A stretch of 64,000 nt of DNA from Chiloscyllium plagiosum (taxonomy: Eukaryota): assembly GCF_004010195.1 (NCBI RefSeq), contig NC_057718.1, positions 104,268,616 to 104,332,615 of the forward strand, written 5' to 3'. Under the pieces are notes generated by a model. The model saw only the letters and a program-made list of their open reading frames with translations, was not told the DNA's origin and ran no database searches. A program made the translations under genes and the position numbers. Positions 52,192-64,000 of the stretch are shown in pieces (position 1 is the stretch's first letter; the number at the start of each line of letters is the position of its first letter).

Positions 52192-54400
52192 CTGAATGAC
52201 ATCTCCAATAGGGCGAGAGAGCAGGCTGCTGTCCAGGTTCTGCCCTCTGGTTGGGTATAACATTGCTGGTGGGGAACCTGCAGAAATAACTCCTCACTCA
52301 TGGTCATCAGCGGAGAGATTCAGCCTAATATTAAAGACACAATTTCCATTCCTGAAGTAGAACCTTGGTCAAAAGCAACTCTGCAGGTGAGCAGCAGTGA
52401 CTTAACAATGTCCCTCTGGAACTCAACAACACTAAGCTCCAATCTTTATTAACAATGATATCATGAGTTGCTGTTTGATTAGCTCTAGCTAGGGGTAATA
52501 GAGCTGTGCCTGACACATAGACAGTCATGGAATGATCATATCATTCAGCTTATAAAATGTAGCATGCATAAAGGATATGTTGAGAATCTCTGGAATATGG
52601 CACAGCAACCAACGTTTATGGTGTGTTTCAGTTTGAAATTGGAGCTCCATCAAATAATCAGAGAGAATCTCTCATCGGCCCAATACTTCCTCCTCTTTGG
52701 TCACATTACAAGGTTCTCCTCCGGTTAATGCCCTCAAAGTGAAGTGGTCAGACTTCCGTCCCCTGGCATCTGGGCCTAACTAAGATCACCTCCAAAGTTC
52801 TGGTGAAGATGTATCGGCAAGAAATCCACTGGGCAATGACAGATTATACTGTACCGACATGACTGGAGAGATGTGTACTTGAAAATCTGAGGAGTAAGAG
52901 ACTCGATGTTTTGGGCATGAGCCCTTCATCAATCCCTTCCCCACATTCCTGATGAATGGCTTCCGCCTGAAACATTGACTCTCCTGCTCCTCGGATGCTG
53001 CCTGACCTGCTGTGCTTTTCCAGCACCACACTCTGATCTCCAGCATCTGCAGTCCTCACTTTCTCCCTGATTGGAGAGATGAGCCTTCCCTATTATTTTC
53101 TGAAATGAATTTTTTAACTCAATTCCTAAAACTGTTTCTGGCCTCTTTGTAAAAAAAAGGTTCACCCAGTTCTGGTCAGTTTGAAATTAATTTCCCAACC
53201 TGGTGGTCCAGTCCAAGGAATCTCAGGACACCATTCACACAGTTTGGTTGTGGAAAGTTGCTGATAATTTCGGGGGGGGGGGGGGGGGGGGTTCTGAGGG
53301 GTAACCATTGAACCTTTCTGATATATGATGGGTGCTAGGAATTTAATAGCAGCGTTCACACATCCATATTTCCCACTGAAGGTGAGACTTGCCTCTGGGA
53401 ACACTTTCCTAACCTCATGGATGCTGTGGTCACACTCCTGGCTTGTAACACCATGACTATCCACATCACACATTCCCTTCCAGAAAGATTGATACAGTCC
53501 TCTTGAATATCTCTGGAGCAGTTGAAATGCCACAAGGAAGGTATTTTTGAAGCTGGTTGACCTGAAAAGTTGTTAACAGGCTCCTGGTCAAAACCCACCA
53601 CTAATGACATGCTTTGTGACGTAGGTTGGTTTTGCTAAATGGTCATCCACTCAGTGTGGTTGGATTTCCAAATGGGTTTATGGATGCTATTGAGTCGGGT
53701 CCTACGTGGAGCATGGTGCACCATTTGTCCCAGGAACCACTACGAGCCCTAACCACCCCCCTCAACGATGACATCTTCTTAGACAGCATCCGGCAGTGGC
53801 TGCTTCTGGGAGTGTATGGAAATATGGGGTTAGCTTTTTAAACAATCTCACGTGATGTTCACTTTTGAGTCTCCCAAGACCCTGAAAGAGCTGTGGGAAT
53901 TCTTGGCAGAATGTTATGCCATTTCCCTGCTCCCGGTGCTTATCTGCATTTCTCAGAAGCCAGTTGTATCCTTGTATTTCTGCTCAATAGAATGGTGACA
54001 TGACTGCTCAACATGGAGACAGTCTCAGTAGTCTCTTTCCTCTTGTGTCTGGCTGTATGAGCAATGTGAAGGTTTGCGTCTCCTTCAATTCTGGACGGCT
54101 GAACGTTTAATTCTTCGCTTCATTCCAAATGGTCACATAGGACCCATGACACCTGCACTGGAGGAAAGATCCATTTCAGCTCTGAAGCCTTGAAGTAGCT
54201 GACCAAATGCTTGTTCTTGATTCTGCACTCTCGTGGGGGATCTGTCTCCTCCTGCATTGCCTGTTTCTCAGAGATATTCTCGTGCTTTCTTCATTTTGTT
54301 GCATATTTAGATTTGCAGAGGTTGCCCTGTCTTCCTGCGGTGCAGACATCCAGCGCCCCCTGCTGCTTGATCTGTCGATAGCAGCAATTTATGATTAAAC
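52192..54400 (-). mobile_element. Highly decayed Gypsy gag-pol relic (RT, RNase H, start of integrase)
   Basis: Minus-strand fragments in the expected order: EFPQLFQGLGRLKSEHHVRL, PCGISTAPEIFKR, HGVTSQECDH...AIKFLAPII, FLADTSS, LRALTGGE, YVSGTAL, VIPNQRAE. Confidence 0.65.
52888..53067. mobile_element. Fold-back PLE insertion (family B) in the Gypsy relic
   Basis: Inverted hammerhead-bearing arms; terminus ctcactttctcc. Confidence 0.75.
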
Positions 54401-55107
54401 TGGCATCACTTTCACTTGTTACCATTTGTTTGTGGTTTGGGTTCCAGTTTGAATCAGATTTAGTCGGCTCTGTGGGTTACTTGTGGCTTGGTGTATATTA
54501 CAGCGATTTCCTCTACCTAAGAATGACTACTGTATGGGCACAGTCAGTTTCTGCAAAACTCAGTTTTTGACACTACAATAAACATTATAGTGTAGAATCT
54601 AAAAACTGCCCCTTCTCTCTACTCAGGACTGTTCCATCACTACATACACTATTTCCACATTACTCTACAAATATACTTTTCACTTCAGAGCATGTCTTGG
54701 TTGAATTTAAGATCACAAACTCAGGGAAACTAATCTTACATCACAACTGGATCCTTTCTGAGCCTCTCCTGTAATTCAGTGGGATCCCAGCTGCTGCTCA
54801 CACTGGACAATGGAGGTCATGAATTGAATACGCCTCTATAGACCATAAGTTTCATTTTTGTAAATTTGATACCATGGTAGTTAATTATTTAATATAATTT
54901 ACAAAATGCTGCCAATGTAATTAAAATATTTAAAGTTTATCATACAAAAAAAAACATTTTGAAACATCTTCCTGTAAACAGCAAGTAAGATTCAACTCTT
55001 ATTTTCCCCAACAGTATCCTTTACAGGTACTCAACCCCAGTGAATTAACATTCATATCTTCATTTCACAATTTCTTACTCAATTGTTTAGGCCATAAGTA
55101 TTTCCTG

Positions 55108-55321
55108 GGTCTAGACTAGAGTGGTGCTGGAAAAGCACAGCCAGTCAGGCAGCATCCGAGGAGCAGGAAAATCAACGTTCCGGGCAAAAGCCCTTCATCA
55201 GGAAGAGCTTTTGCTCAAAACGTCGATTTTCCTGCTCCTCGGATGCTGCCTGGCCGGCTTTGCTTTTCCAGCACCATTCTAGTCTAGACTCTGATTTCCA
55301 GCATCTGCAGTCCTCACTTTT
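55108..55321. mobile_element. Fold-back PLE insertion (family B variant)
   Basis: Inverted arms; 16-bp TSD gcca(t/c)aagtatttcct at 55091-55106 and 55322-55337. Confidence 0.85.
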
Positions 55322-56474
55322 GCCACAAGTATTTCCTCTCAGCCGTTCAGCAGATTTGATTGTCTCTGTTTCTTACGGAAATACACAGACACGAGCTAAC
55401 TCACTGAGCTTTCCTCACAGAAAAGCTATGGACCTGTTCTGGTAATGTCTACTTGCACTGCTAAAAAAAGCTTTAGCCTTCTTTTCAGCTCTGATGAACT
55501 GGGGATGACCAAAATCAAACTTCCTTTCTGCTGGATTGGATCTTTACCTGCTTCGGAATGGAATCTACTTATGGCCATTGGCTTCTCTTTCTGCTGGCTA
55601 TGAGGGGTAGCTTTTGAATGACAGGCCTGCTGAGGTAGATGTCAAAGATCCCTCAACACTACTTGGGAAGGAGAATGGAATCCTCCCTTGGTGTCCAGTG
55701 TCACATTTCACTGGAATGGTACACTGGGAATTGAGCCCTGCTATTTCTGGAGTAACAGACATGTTGGTTGAAGGGCCTGTCCTTGTGTTGCACTGTTCTA
55801 TGTTCTATGCATTAAGTTATGCAAAATTCCCCAATGTCCCAGTTTTTAGACGCAAATTGTAAGGAAGTATGGACCAGATCTCTGCCATTAACAAGAATTA
55901 ACAATAAATAGAAACTAACTATAGGTGAACAATTAGGTCAACATATAACGCTACTAGTTTTAATTCTAACCCCCTTATAGAACTCTCCCTATGCATGCAT
56001 GCTGACAAACACAAAAACAGGGAAGGCTGTTAAATGGTCCCCACAGGATTCACTGAGATAATCCCTTTGGCTTGTCAGAACTTGCCACTCCTCAATACTT
56101 TTACTTGACCGCAGGAAGGACAGAGCAACTGTTCGTAACTCATAAAGTCTGCTTTATTTGTTACAAGCAACAGCGTGCAGCAACTGGAGAGGGAAAATAA
56201 AGTGGCTTTCATTAGGCTTTAGAGTGTTTTTTTTTACACTACCTTCCTATCCAGAGATCTCATGGATTCTTACTAATTATTCAGACCCACAAGGTGTTCA
56301 GCTGCCAGCCAGCCAATCACATAGTTGTTATCAGGCAGAAGGCCATGGCCATTGGTCATCATTCTACTGACCAATCAGCTACTTGTTGTCATTGGAATTG
56401 CATTCAGTTCATCCGCAACTAACCTTCCCCTCACTGGTTGACCAAGTAACAGTGTGACCAGCAATTACAATGAT

Positions 56475-56672
56475 AAAAATAGGAATTGCTGAAAAAGCTC
56501 AGCAGGTCTGGCAGCATCTGTGAAGAGTAATCAGATTTAACTTGGTTCTGAGGAAGGGCCAGCCGACCCGAAATATTAACTCTGATTTCTCTCCCACGGA
56601 TGCTGCCAGACCTGCTGAGTTTTTCCAGCAATTTCTGTTTTTGCTTCTGATTTCCAGCATCTGCAGTTCTTT
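56475..56672. mobile_element. Fold-back PLE insertion (family D)
   Basis: aattgctgaaaaagctcagcaggtctggcagcatc ... gatgctgccagacctgctgagtttttccagcaatt; hammerhead core at 56548. Confidence 0.75.
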
Positions 56673-57045
56673 TAGTTTTAATTCAGCAGTTACAGGGTTT
56701 GGATGACTTGGTTTTAAGAACTGCTGCAATCCCTGCCACAATCCTTTGCTTTTAAATCAGTCCTTTTCCCAGTTCAGTGAACAAGCAAAAATACAGACAA
56801 ATACACCAGGATTAATACTTATCCCATAAGACAACATCACAAAAGAATCTTGCTGTTTGCTGTGCACAAATTGGTTGCTGCTTTTCTTGTACAACACTGA
56901 CTACATTGTAAAAGGATTTCACTGGCACTTTGAGGCAGTCAGGGGTGGAGAAAGGCTGTATATAAATGCACCATATTTTTTATTGTTCTCCCACAGGGGA
57001 GTTAATTCTAATATCTTATTCAGCAGTGCTTTAGAATATCACTTC

Positions 57046-57595
57046 TGTTGTGACACAAAACCAAACACCATCTTTAAACCTTGGGTTTTCTTTTAATGTC
57101 AGAACAATAGAAGCAGCCTGAATGTGTGGGGTCACAGAACCCAGATTTTTAGTTTTAGCTTTCAGCAGTTGCTGGGTCTTGAAGCTGGATGTGGAAGCTC
57201 TTATTCCTCTCTCTGTTACAGCTAAAAGCTGGGATTCTCTTCCTGCTGCTAGACTCACATGTGAGTCAATCTGTCTTACTGAATTCACCTTTGCCAGCGG
57301 TGTGTTTATGAGATGTCACAGTATTGGAACAGTTCAGTAGTGGTGGTTTATATATTGTTTTGTTAAGCATTTCAATAGACTTACAATTAAACCTATTCCT
57401 TTCTTTTATCCTTATTTTGTCTATATTTTAACTATAGTGTAAAAATAAAAGGTGTTTTGCTTAAAGTCAAGTAGTTTGGCCAATCAAATTGCATCTGGAA
57501 TGCAACATCTTACACTTACCTTTAAAATAAGAAAAGGTTAGGGTCTAGACTATCCTCTTCATATAATTTGAGGGAGTTTGGTCAGGTCCATAACA
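57046..57595 (+). mobile_element. Solo LTR related to the LTR at 9866-11272
   Basis: Long shared stretch gtcttgaagctggatgtggaagctcttattcctctctctgttacagctaaaa; TG...ACA ends; no internal sequence follows. Confidence 0.75.
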
Positions 57596-58989
57596 CCATG
57601 ACCTTATCGAATGATAGAACAGGTGTGAAGGGCTGAATGGCCTACTTTTGTTCCTAAGCCCATTGTTTCCATGAATGAATTTTGCCTCTTGTACAGATTT
57701 CTTTTTGTGTGAGTGAGGGGAGGGTGGAAGTGGAGGTTGCAAGTGACAGAGGCAATCCCGGAAGAGAGGGGGGGTGAGGGAAGGAGGCTTCAAGGTGAAT
57801 GGGCAAATCTGCAAGAGGGAGGGTTAGAGGAAGATGCTACAGGAGGATGCAAAAAGGTCTATGGGGAGAGGTTACAAGAAAGGGGGTAGCTGAAAGAGGA
57901 GAGAAGGAGAACAAATTATCAGCGGCTACAGAAGTGCACCCTCAAGAAGAACTTGTAGGAGGCAAGGGGAGAAAATTGCCCCAAAAGAAAACCCGAACAA
58001 TTCTTCCCTACTGTCTTTTTAAATCTGAATAAAGCCAAAGCCTGGTTGCTCTGCCAAAGGGCTAGCACAGAACCAATGGGCCAAAAGGTCACCTTCTGTT
58101 CTGTATGTTACTGCTGTACAAAGTCAAAGGGTGAAGTAACTACATCTTACCAATGTTCTCCTTTCAGTCAGACCTCAGAAAATCAGTACTTAATCAATAT
58201 TTAAATTTTGTAATGATGCATTTGTAATTAAATTAAAAATACAAAAAGATTGAAAGATGAATAAATGCACGTCAGAAAGGATTATATTTAAAATGCTGCA
58301 TCTATTCATTGCATCAATTCCAAAACCCCTGTTTTCTTTGTTTGTCAGGCAATTTTTAAGCAGGTACAACCTCCACAATTAACGAAATTGCCTTCCAGGC
58401 TGGTAGAAAGCATTCATTTTTGTCAAGGCAAATTCTGTAATTGGTCTTTAAAATGAGTAGCGAGTGATTGTCTTGGAGGCGGGGATGTTACAGCTTTGCC
58501 TCCTTAGAAAATAAAGCAACGCCACCCAGGAAGTCAATTACTCTCTTACTGAAAAGCAGCCCATTGCAGAAATAACCCACCTCAACTGAGGAGAAATGGC
58601 AAGCCATAACCCAGTGCACAGAGCTGCTTAAACATTCCTCTCGACATGTAAGCAATTCACTACATGCCACACATGTCCCGGAATGTGTTCACAAAGCAAC
58701 AACATCAACAATGGCTTGTGTTCTCTCCTTCACAATCTAAATGTTGATTCTCAAAGGCACATGCAGTGTACATGCCCTGCACATTCCAACATGCCCGGCC
58801 CCATTACACACAAAGGGGAATTCTACACCAGTAGGCACCTGTGTGGCTAAGGCAGAACACTGTAATTAAAGTAAAGGTGCATTGATATGTTTCTAGCTGG
58901 TGTTGCAGTCCTATCCCAGGAATTTAGTTATAATAATGTCCCATCTGTACCTCTTGAACACTCCAACACAGTCCCTAGTCTGAGCATGA

Positions 58990-59178
58990 TGTGGAGATGC
59001 AGTGTTGGACCGGATGGACAAGGTCAGAAATCACACAATTACCAGGTTATAGTCCAACAGGTTTATTTGAAATCACAAGCTTTCGGAGCGCTGGCCCTTT
59101 CTCAGGTTTTACCTGATGAAGTTCGTGATTTCAAGTGAACCTGTTGAACTATAACCTGGTGTCGTCTGAATCCTGACC
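58990..59178. mobile_element. Fold-back PLE insertion (family C variant)
   Basis: accaggttatagtccaacagg ... cctgttgaactataacctggt inverted arms. Confidence 0.72.
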
Positions 59179-59309
59179 AGTCTGAGTAAACTAACTCTAT
59201 CCCCTTAATCACAGCAACCCCACTTCAAGGTAGGCAACCTCCACCGATTACAATCAGTGACAGAATCACACAGGGTTTGTGGCACAGAAAGAGGCCATTT
59301 CACCCATCA

Positions 59310-59515
59310 TGTGTGTGTGTGAGAGAGAGAGAGACTGTATCTCTGTGTGTGTGAGAGAGAGAGACTGTGTCTGTGTGTGTGTGAGAGAGAGAGACTGTAT
59401 CTCTGTGTGTGTGAGAGAGAGAGACTGTGTCTGTGTGTGAGAGATAGAGACTGTATCTCTGTGTGTGTGAGAGAGAGAGACTGTGTCTGTGTGTGCGTGC
59501 GTGAGTGTGCGTGTG
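59310..59515. repeat. Compound (TG)/(AG) repeat with ~30-bp higher-order unit
   Basis: Direct inspection. Confidence 0.92.
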
Positions 59516-60509
59516 TTGGATTATCACTGAGGAAATAAAAGCAAATTCCCTAACGAATGGTATTGAGTGAAGCATTCCCCCAGAGAGATCTTCATATTTC
59601 TTTACACCTTTTTCTGGCTCTGCTGTATAAGTGTTAGCTGTCATCATGTGTTTGTAACACAGCACAGCGACAACTAATACATTTCAAATAAATATATTTA
59701 AAGAAGGTCGAGATTTACAAAAGAAAAATGTGATGAAGATTGGGAGATTCATCTCAATTTGTGAAAGGTCAAATATTTTGGTGTTATCATTGCCACAGAT
59801 TACTAATGAAACATTGGCTGTGTCTCAAAATAACACATGTCGCCAGAACATGACAGCTGGTGATGAGCGATCAAGATGCAACATAAATGGGTGATTTAGA
59901 TAATAACAATCTGGGGGAGGCAGAGGGAGAGAGCAAGGTTTTCAGAGAAATTCAATCCTTCTCACCATCGTATACATCCTACACATGAGTCACCTAATTA
60001 ACCACCTGGGGTAACAATATGTAAGGCTATAATTAACCGTGACATTCAGAAACTGAAGTAAATAACTAAATTGTTCTTAGAAGAGTAACTATTCGTAATT
60101 ATCACATCTACAGTTCATTGCAATGTCATTCGCGGGAGAGGACACTGACATCTAACTTAACGTGTGAAAGACAACACAATTCAGAGAGAGGCTTTGTTTG
60201 GTTCGTGCTGAGAACCCAATAGGAACAGTGAGCATCAGTCACTAACCAACATGGGGAGGGTGTGGGTGATGGTAGTGTCACAGGACCCAGGCTAATGAGT
60301 ATAGCCCTCCATGGCAGCTGGTGAATCAATAGCCCTGGAAACCCGTCGTCAAACCCATCTGGTTCATTAATGTCCTTTGAGTGGGGAAATCTCCGGCCTG
60401 GTCCTGCGTTGTTGATTCTAAAATGGTGTCATGAGCCAGTTTCAGGGCAGGTAGGGATGGGTAAAAAAATGGTTGCGACGACCAGGAAACAATAACAGAA
60501 TTGCTGTTT

Positions 60510-60830
60510 ATCAGCTGTGGCTGACTCTCAGCTCTGAGGTACAGGGTATAGGCTTGAAACCTACTCCAGAAACATGAACAAATAATCAAGGCTGACAATT
60601 CCACGCAGTACCGAGGGGGGTGCTATGCTGTCAGAGGTGTTCTCATTCAAATGGCATAATAACATGAGACTCAGTATGGGCATTTTAAAAATCCCTGTCG
60701 CGCTATTCTAAAGGGGAGGAGGGGAGTCACCAGCAGTATTTATCTCTCCACCATCTAAACAGACCATATCACAAGTGAGAGCTTTCTGTGCACACATTGG
60801 CTGCCCTGTTTCCATAGTTACAACAGTTAT
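60510..60830 (+). mobile_element. DeuSINE (SacSINE1/AmnSINE-like) relic
   Basis: aataatcaaggctgac...gctgtcagaggt...ctgtgcacacattggctgccctgtttcc resembles the Deu domain from recall; related relics near 4880-5080, 27230-27480, 56800-56980. Confidence 0.5.
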
Positions 60831-61339
60831 ATTTCTGAAGCTCCCTGGGCTGGGTAGTCAGGTTTTACAGATAGTCGGTGAATTGGTGGGATGAGAGAGC
60901 AGTCCAATGAGAGACACCCATTAATCTCCAGAGTTTGAGGGGCAAGGGCCAATCTCATTGAAACACAAGAGATTTTGGGGAGGAGGTAGCAGAGGGAAGA
61001 TACAGAGAAGTCATTTCACCCATCGCCATAGAGCCCAGAACAGGTCATAGCCTGAGGAGAAGTATTGACTATTTAGGACTGAGATGAGGAGAAATGTCTT
61101 CACAGAGAGAATTTTGGGGAACCCTGTCATTGATTCTACTGAAGGTTCAAATTGAGAGATTCTTGGGCATTAGGGGACTCGAGGGACATTAAAAGAGCAG
61201 AATTGATTAGGAACATTGGCTGTGATATTGTTGGATGTGAAGCAGGTTCTTGGGTTTAACTAAAGGACTAAAACTAAATTATTTCTCTTCACAGATATTG
61301 TCATACTGGCTGAGTTTCTCTGGTATTTTCTGTTTTATT

Positions 61340-62232
61340 TCTTGACGCCACACTCAGTCGAAAGCAGCCTTGATGTTGAGGGCTGTCCCTCTCCCCTCCC
61401 CTCTGGACTTCAGCCCTTTTGTCCATGTTTGACCCAAGGCTGTAATGAGGTCAGGAGCTGAGTGACCCTGGGGGAACCCAAACTGGGTGTCACTGAGCAG
61501 GTTATTGCTGAGCAGGTGCTATTTGATAGCCCTGTTACTGACCCCTTCCATCACTTTACTGATGATCGAGAGTAGACTGATGGGGCGGGATTTGGTTGGG
61601 TTGAATCTGTCCTGCTTTGTGTACAGGACATACCTGAGCAATTTTCCACATTGTCAGGTAGGTGTCAGTGATGTAACTGTATTGGAACAGCTTGGCTCGG
61701 GGAGCAGCAGGTTCTGGAGCACATGTTTTCAATACCATTACTGGAATGTTATCAGGGCCCATTGCCTTTGCAGTATCCAGTGTCTCCAATTCTTTCTTGA
61801 TATCTTGTGGAGTGGATCAAATTGGCTGAAGACTGGTATCTGTAATGGAGGGGATCTCTGCAGGAGCCTGAGGTGGATCATCCACTCAGCATTTCTGATT
61901 GAAGATTGCTGTGAATGCTTCAGCCTTATCTTGTGCCCTGATGTGCTGGGCTCCTCCATCATTGAGGATGGGGATATTTGTGGAGCCTCCTTCTCCAGTG
62001 AGTTGTTTAATCATCCACTACCATTCACGACTGGATGTGGAAGGACTGCGGAGCTTAGATCTAATCCATTGGTGATGGGATCATTTAGCTCCGTCTATCA
62101 CTTACTGCTTATGCTGTTTGCCCATGTAAGCAGTCCTGTTTGGTGGCTTCACTAGGTTGACATCTCATCTTCAGGTATACCCGCTGCTGCTCCTGGCATG
62201 TCCTCCTGCACTCTCCATTGATCCAGGGTTGA
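61340..62232 (-). mobile_element. LINE ORF2 fragment (CR1/L2 group)
   Basis: LDTAKAMGPDNIP..VLKTCAPE...LFQYSY...WKIAQVCPVHK. Confidence 0.85.
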
Positions 62233-62879
62233 ATAGTTGAATAACATCTGTTACCCATTACTAATTGTCCTGGACCTGAGGGGTTTCCTTCGGCATTTCA
62301 GATTGCGATTGAGACAATCAAGTGAAAAGTTGTTGGGGTCTGGACTCATGTGTACATCAGACCAGGTAAGGAATGCAGATTTCCTTTTCTGAAAGACATG
62401 AGTAAACCAGATGGGTTTTTGGTAACAATCAATGTTAGTTTCATAGTCAATGTCACGGAGACTAAAACTCAATTCCACATTTTCTGTAATCTCTCTAATG
62501 TTCTCTAATCCCCTCTACAATCATTTCAAACTGACAAGGATTAAATTACTGTTCGCACTCAAACCAGTTCAATACGGAGATCATCCCCAACACACCAGCA
62601 CATGAAACATAAATCACAACCAAGCCACATCAGAATATAATTAGAGAAGCTAAAGAGATGAAAACGTGGATGCAATTGTACTGTCGCTGTTGTTGGCTGT
62701 GCTACTCAGGATGAGAGTGGGACATCGCTCACTGATGCCTGAGCTTTGAAGTTTCTTCTTAGGAATATTTTTAAAGGGGCAATACGCTGGGAACACCACT
62801 CTGTTTCATCTCAGAGAAAGACAACAGCATTGAAACAGTATTATCCTATCCTTCAGAAAGTCTTAGGAAGGAGATACTG

Positions 62880-63605
62880 GCTAATGTAAGTTCACAAGAA
62901 TGGTATCTGGATTTCAGGGGTTAATTTATGAGGAGAGATTACACAAATTCAGTCTGTTTTCTATAGACATTAGAAGGTTAAGGGATGATCTCATTGAAGT
63001 CTTCAAGATACTAAAGGGAAAGACAGGATAGATAAAGACAAACTATTCCCACTGGTTGGGGATTTTAGAACTCAGGGCATAGTCTGAGGATTAGGGTGAA
63101 ACCGTTCAGGAGAGATGTGAGGAAGCACTTCCACACACAAAGGGTGGGAGAGGTTTGGAAACCCTTTCCACGAATGGCAGTGGATGCTGGATCAGTAGTT
63201 AACTTTAAATCCAAGATAGATCATTTTTGTTAAGCAAGTTATTAACGGATATGGTAAAAACAATGACTGCAGATGCTGGAAACCAGATTCTGGATTAGAG
63301 TGTTGCTGGAAAAGCACAACAGCTCAGACAGCATCCAAGGAGCAGGAAAATCGACGTTTCGGGCAAAAGCCCTTCATCAGGAATACAGGCATAGTGCCTG
63401 AAGGGACTCTGCCTGTATTCCTGATGAAGGGCTTTTGCCCGAAACGTCGATTTTCCTGCTCCTTGGATGTTGTCTGAGCTGCTGTGCTTTTCCAGCACCA
63501 CTCTGATCTAGAATTAAGGGATATGAGCCAAGGGCAGGCCTATGGAGTTAGTCTGTGATCACATTAAATGGCTGAACAGGCTTGATGGGCTGAATGTTCC
63601 TATGT
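62880..63605 (+). mobile_element. Old CR1 3' fragment containing a PLE hairpin
   Basis: RRLRDDLIEVFKILKG; RKHFHTQRVGEVW. Confidence 0.8.
63254..63512. mobile_element. Fold-back PLE insertion (family B variant) with two intact hammerheads (63349-63384 -, 63417-63452 +)
   Basis: attc CTGATGA a gggc tttt gccc GAA ACGT C gatt on both strands; TSD attaa(c/g)ggatatg at 63241-63253 and 63513-63525. Confidence 0.88.
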
Positions 63606-63704
63606 AATTTCACAAACAAAGTCTTTAGGAAGCCCTCAAGTCCAGAGTAACAGAATTAAATTGTACAGGAGTTTAAGGCAGTTGATATTTTCTACAGCTG
63701 CAGA

Positions 63705-63992
63705 GAGATGGTTAGCACTGCTGCCTCACAGCGGCAGGGACCCAGGTTTGAGTCCAGCCTCGGGTGACTGTCTGTGTGGAGTTTGCACATTCCCCCTGTC
63801 TTGGTGTGGGTTTTCTCCGGGTGCTCCGCTTTCCTCCCACAGTCAGTCCAAAGATATGCAGGTTAGGGTGGATTGGCAATGGGAAATGTGAGGTTCTGGG
63901 AATAGTGTGGGGAGCTGGGTCTCGGTGGGATACTCTTCAGAAGTTTGGTGCAGAAGTGATGCACCAAATGGCCTCTTCTGCAATGTAGGGAT
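63705..63992 (+). mobile_element. HE1-type V-SINE
   Basis: tggttagcactgctgcctcacagc; V-domain tgtctgtgtggagtttgcacatt. Confidence 0.85.
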
Positions 63993-64000
63993 TATACAGG

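Noticed and set aside
52193..52390. Apparent exons on either strand with good splice-like signals
   Set aside because: Better explained as the integrase-proximal part of the decayed Gypsy pol.
9866..57595. The two LTRs as ends of a single giant 48-kb element
   Set aside because: The LTRs are visibly diverged, no matching TSD was seen, and the Gypsy pol relic at 52-54 kb is on the opposite strand.

Overview
Eukaryotic, repeat-dense genomic DNA with no recognisable intact host gene, probably intronic or intergenic. The repeat inventory (HER1/CR1 LINEs, HE1 V-SINEs, DeuSINE relics, Rex1, Penelope-like elements) points to a cartilaginous fish (shark); this is an inference. Contents: many 5'-truncated CR1 LINEs, a Rex1 fragment, two decayed Gypsy LTR elements plus a related solo LTR, SINEs, several mini/microsatellite arrays and a 784-N gap. 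The most striking signal is about 25 (manual count) minimal type I hammerhead-ribozyme motifs from four Penelope-like (PLE) terminal-repeat families. Many sit in ~200-bp fold-back insertions with 11-17 bp target-site duplications. Two structures stand out. One is a 3.2-kb block of old genomic DNA bracketed by 98-bp identical inverted PLE termini inside a minisatellite, an apparent PLE-mediated capture. The other is a mini-PLE with two co-oriented hammerheads 249 nt apart, a retrozyme-like unit. A few weak minus-strand exon candidates could not be assigned to a gene. All calls are by eye; no searches were run and boundaries are approximate.
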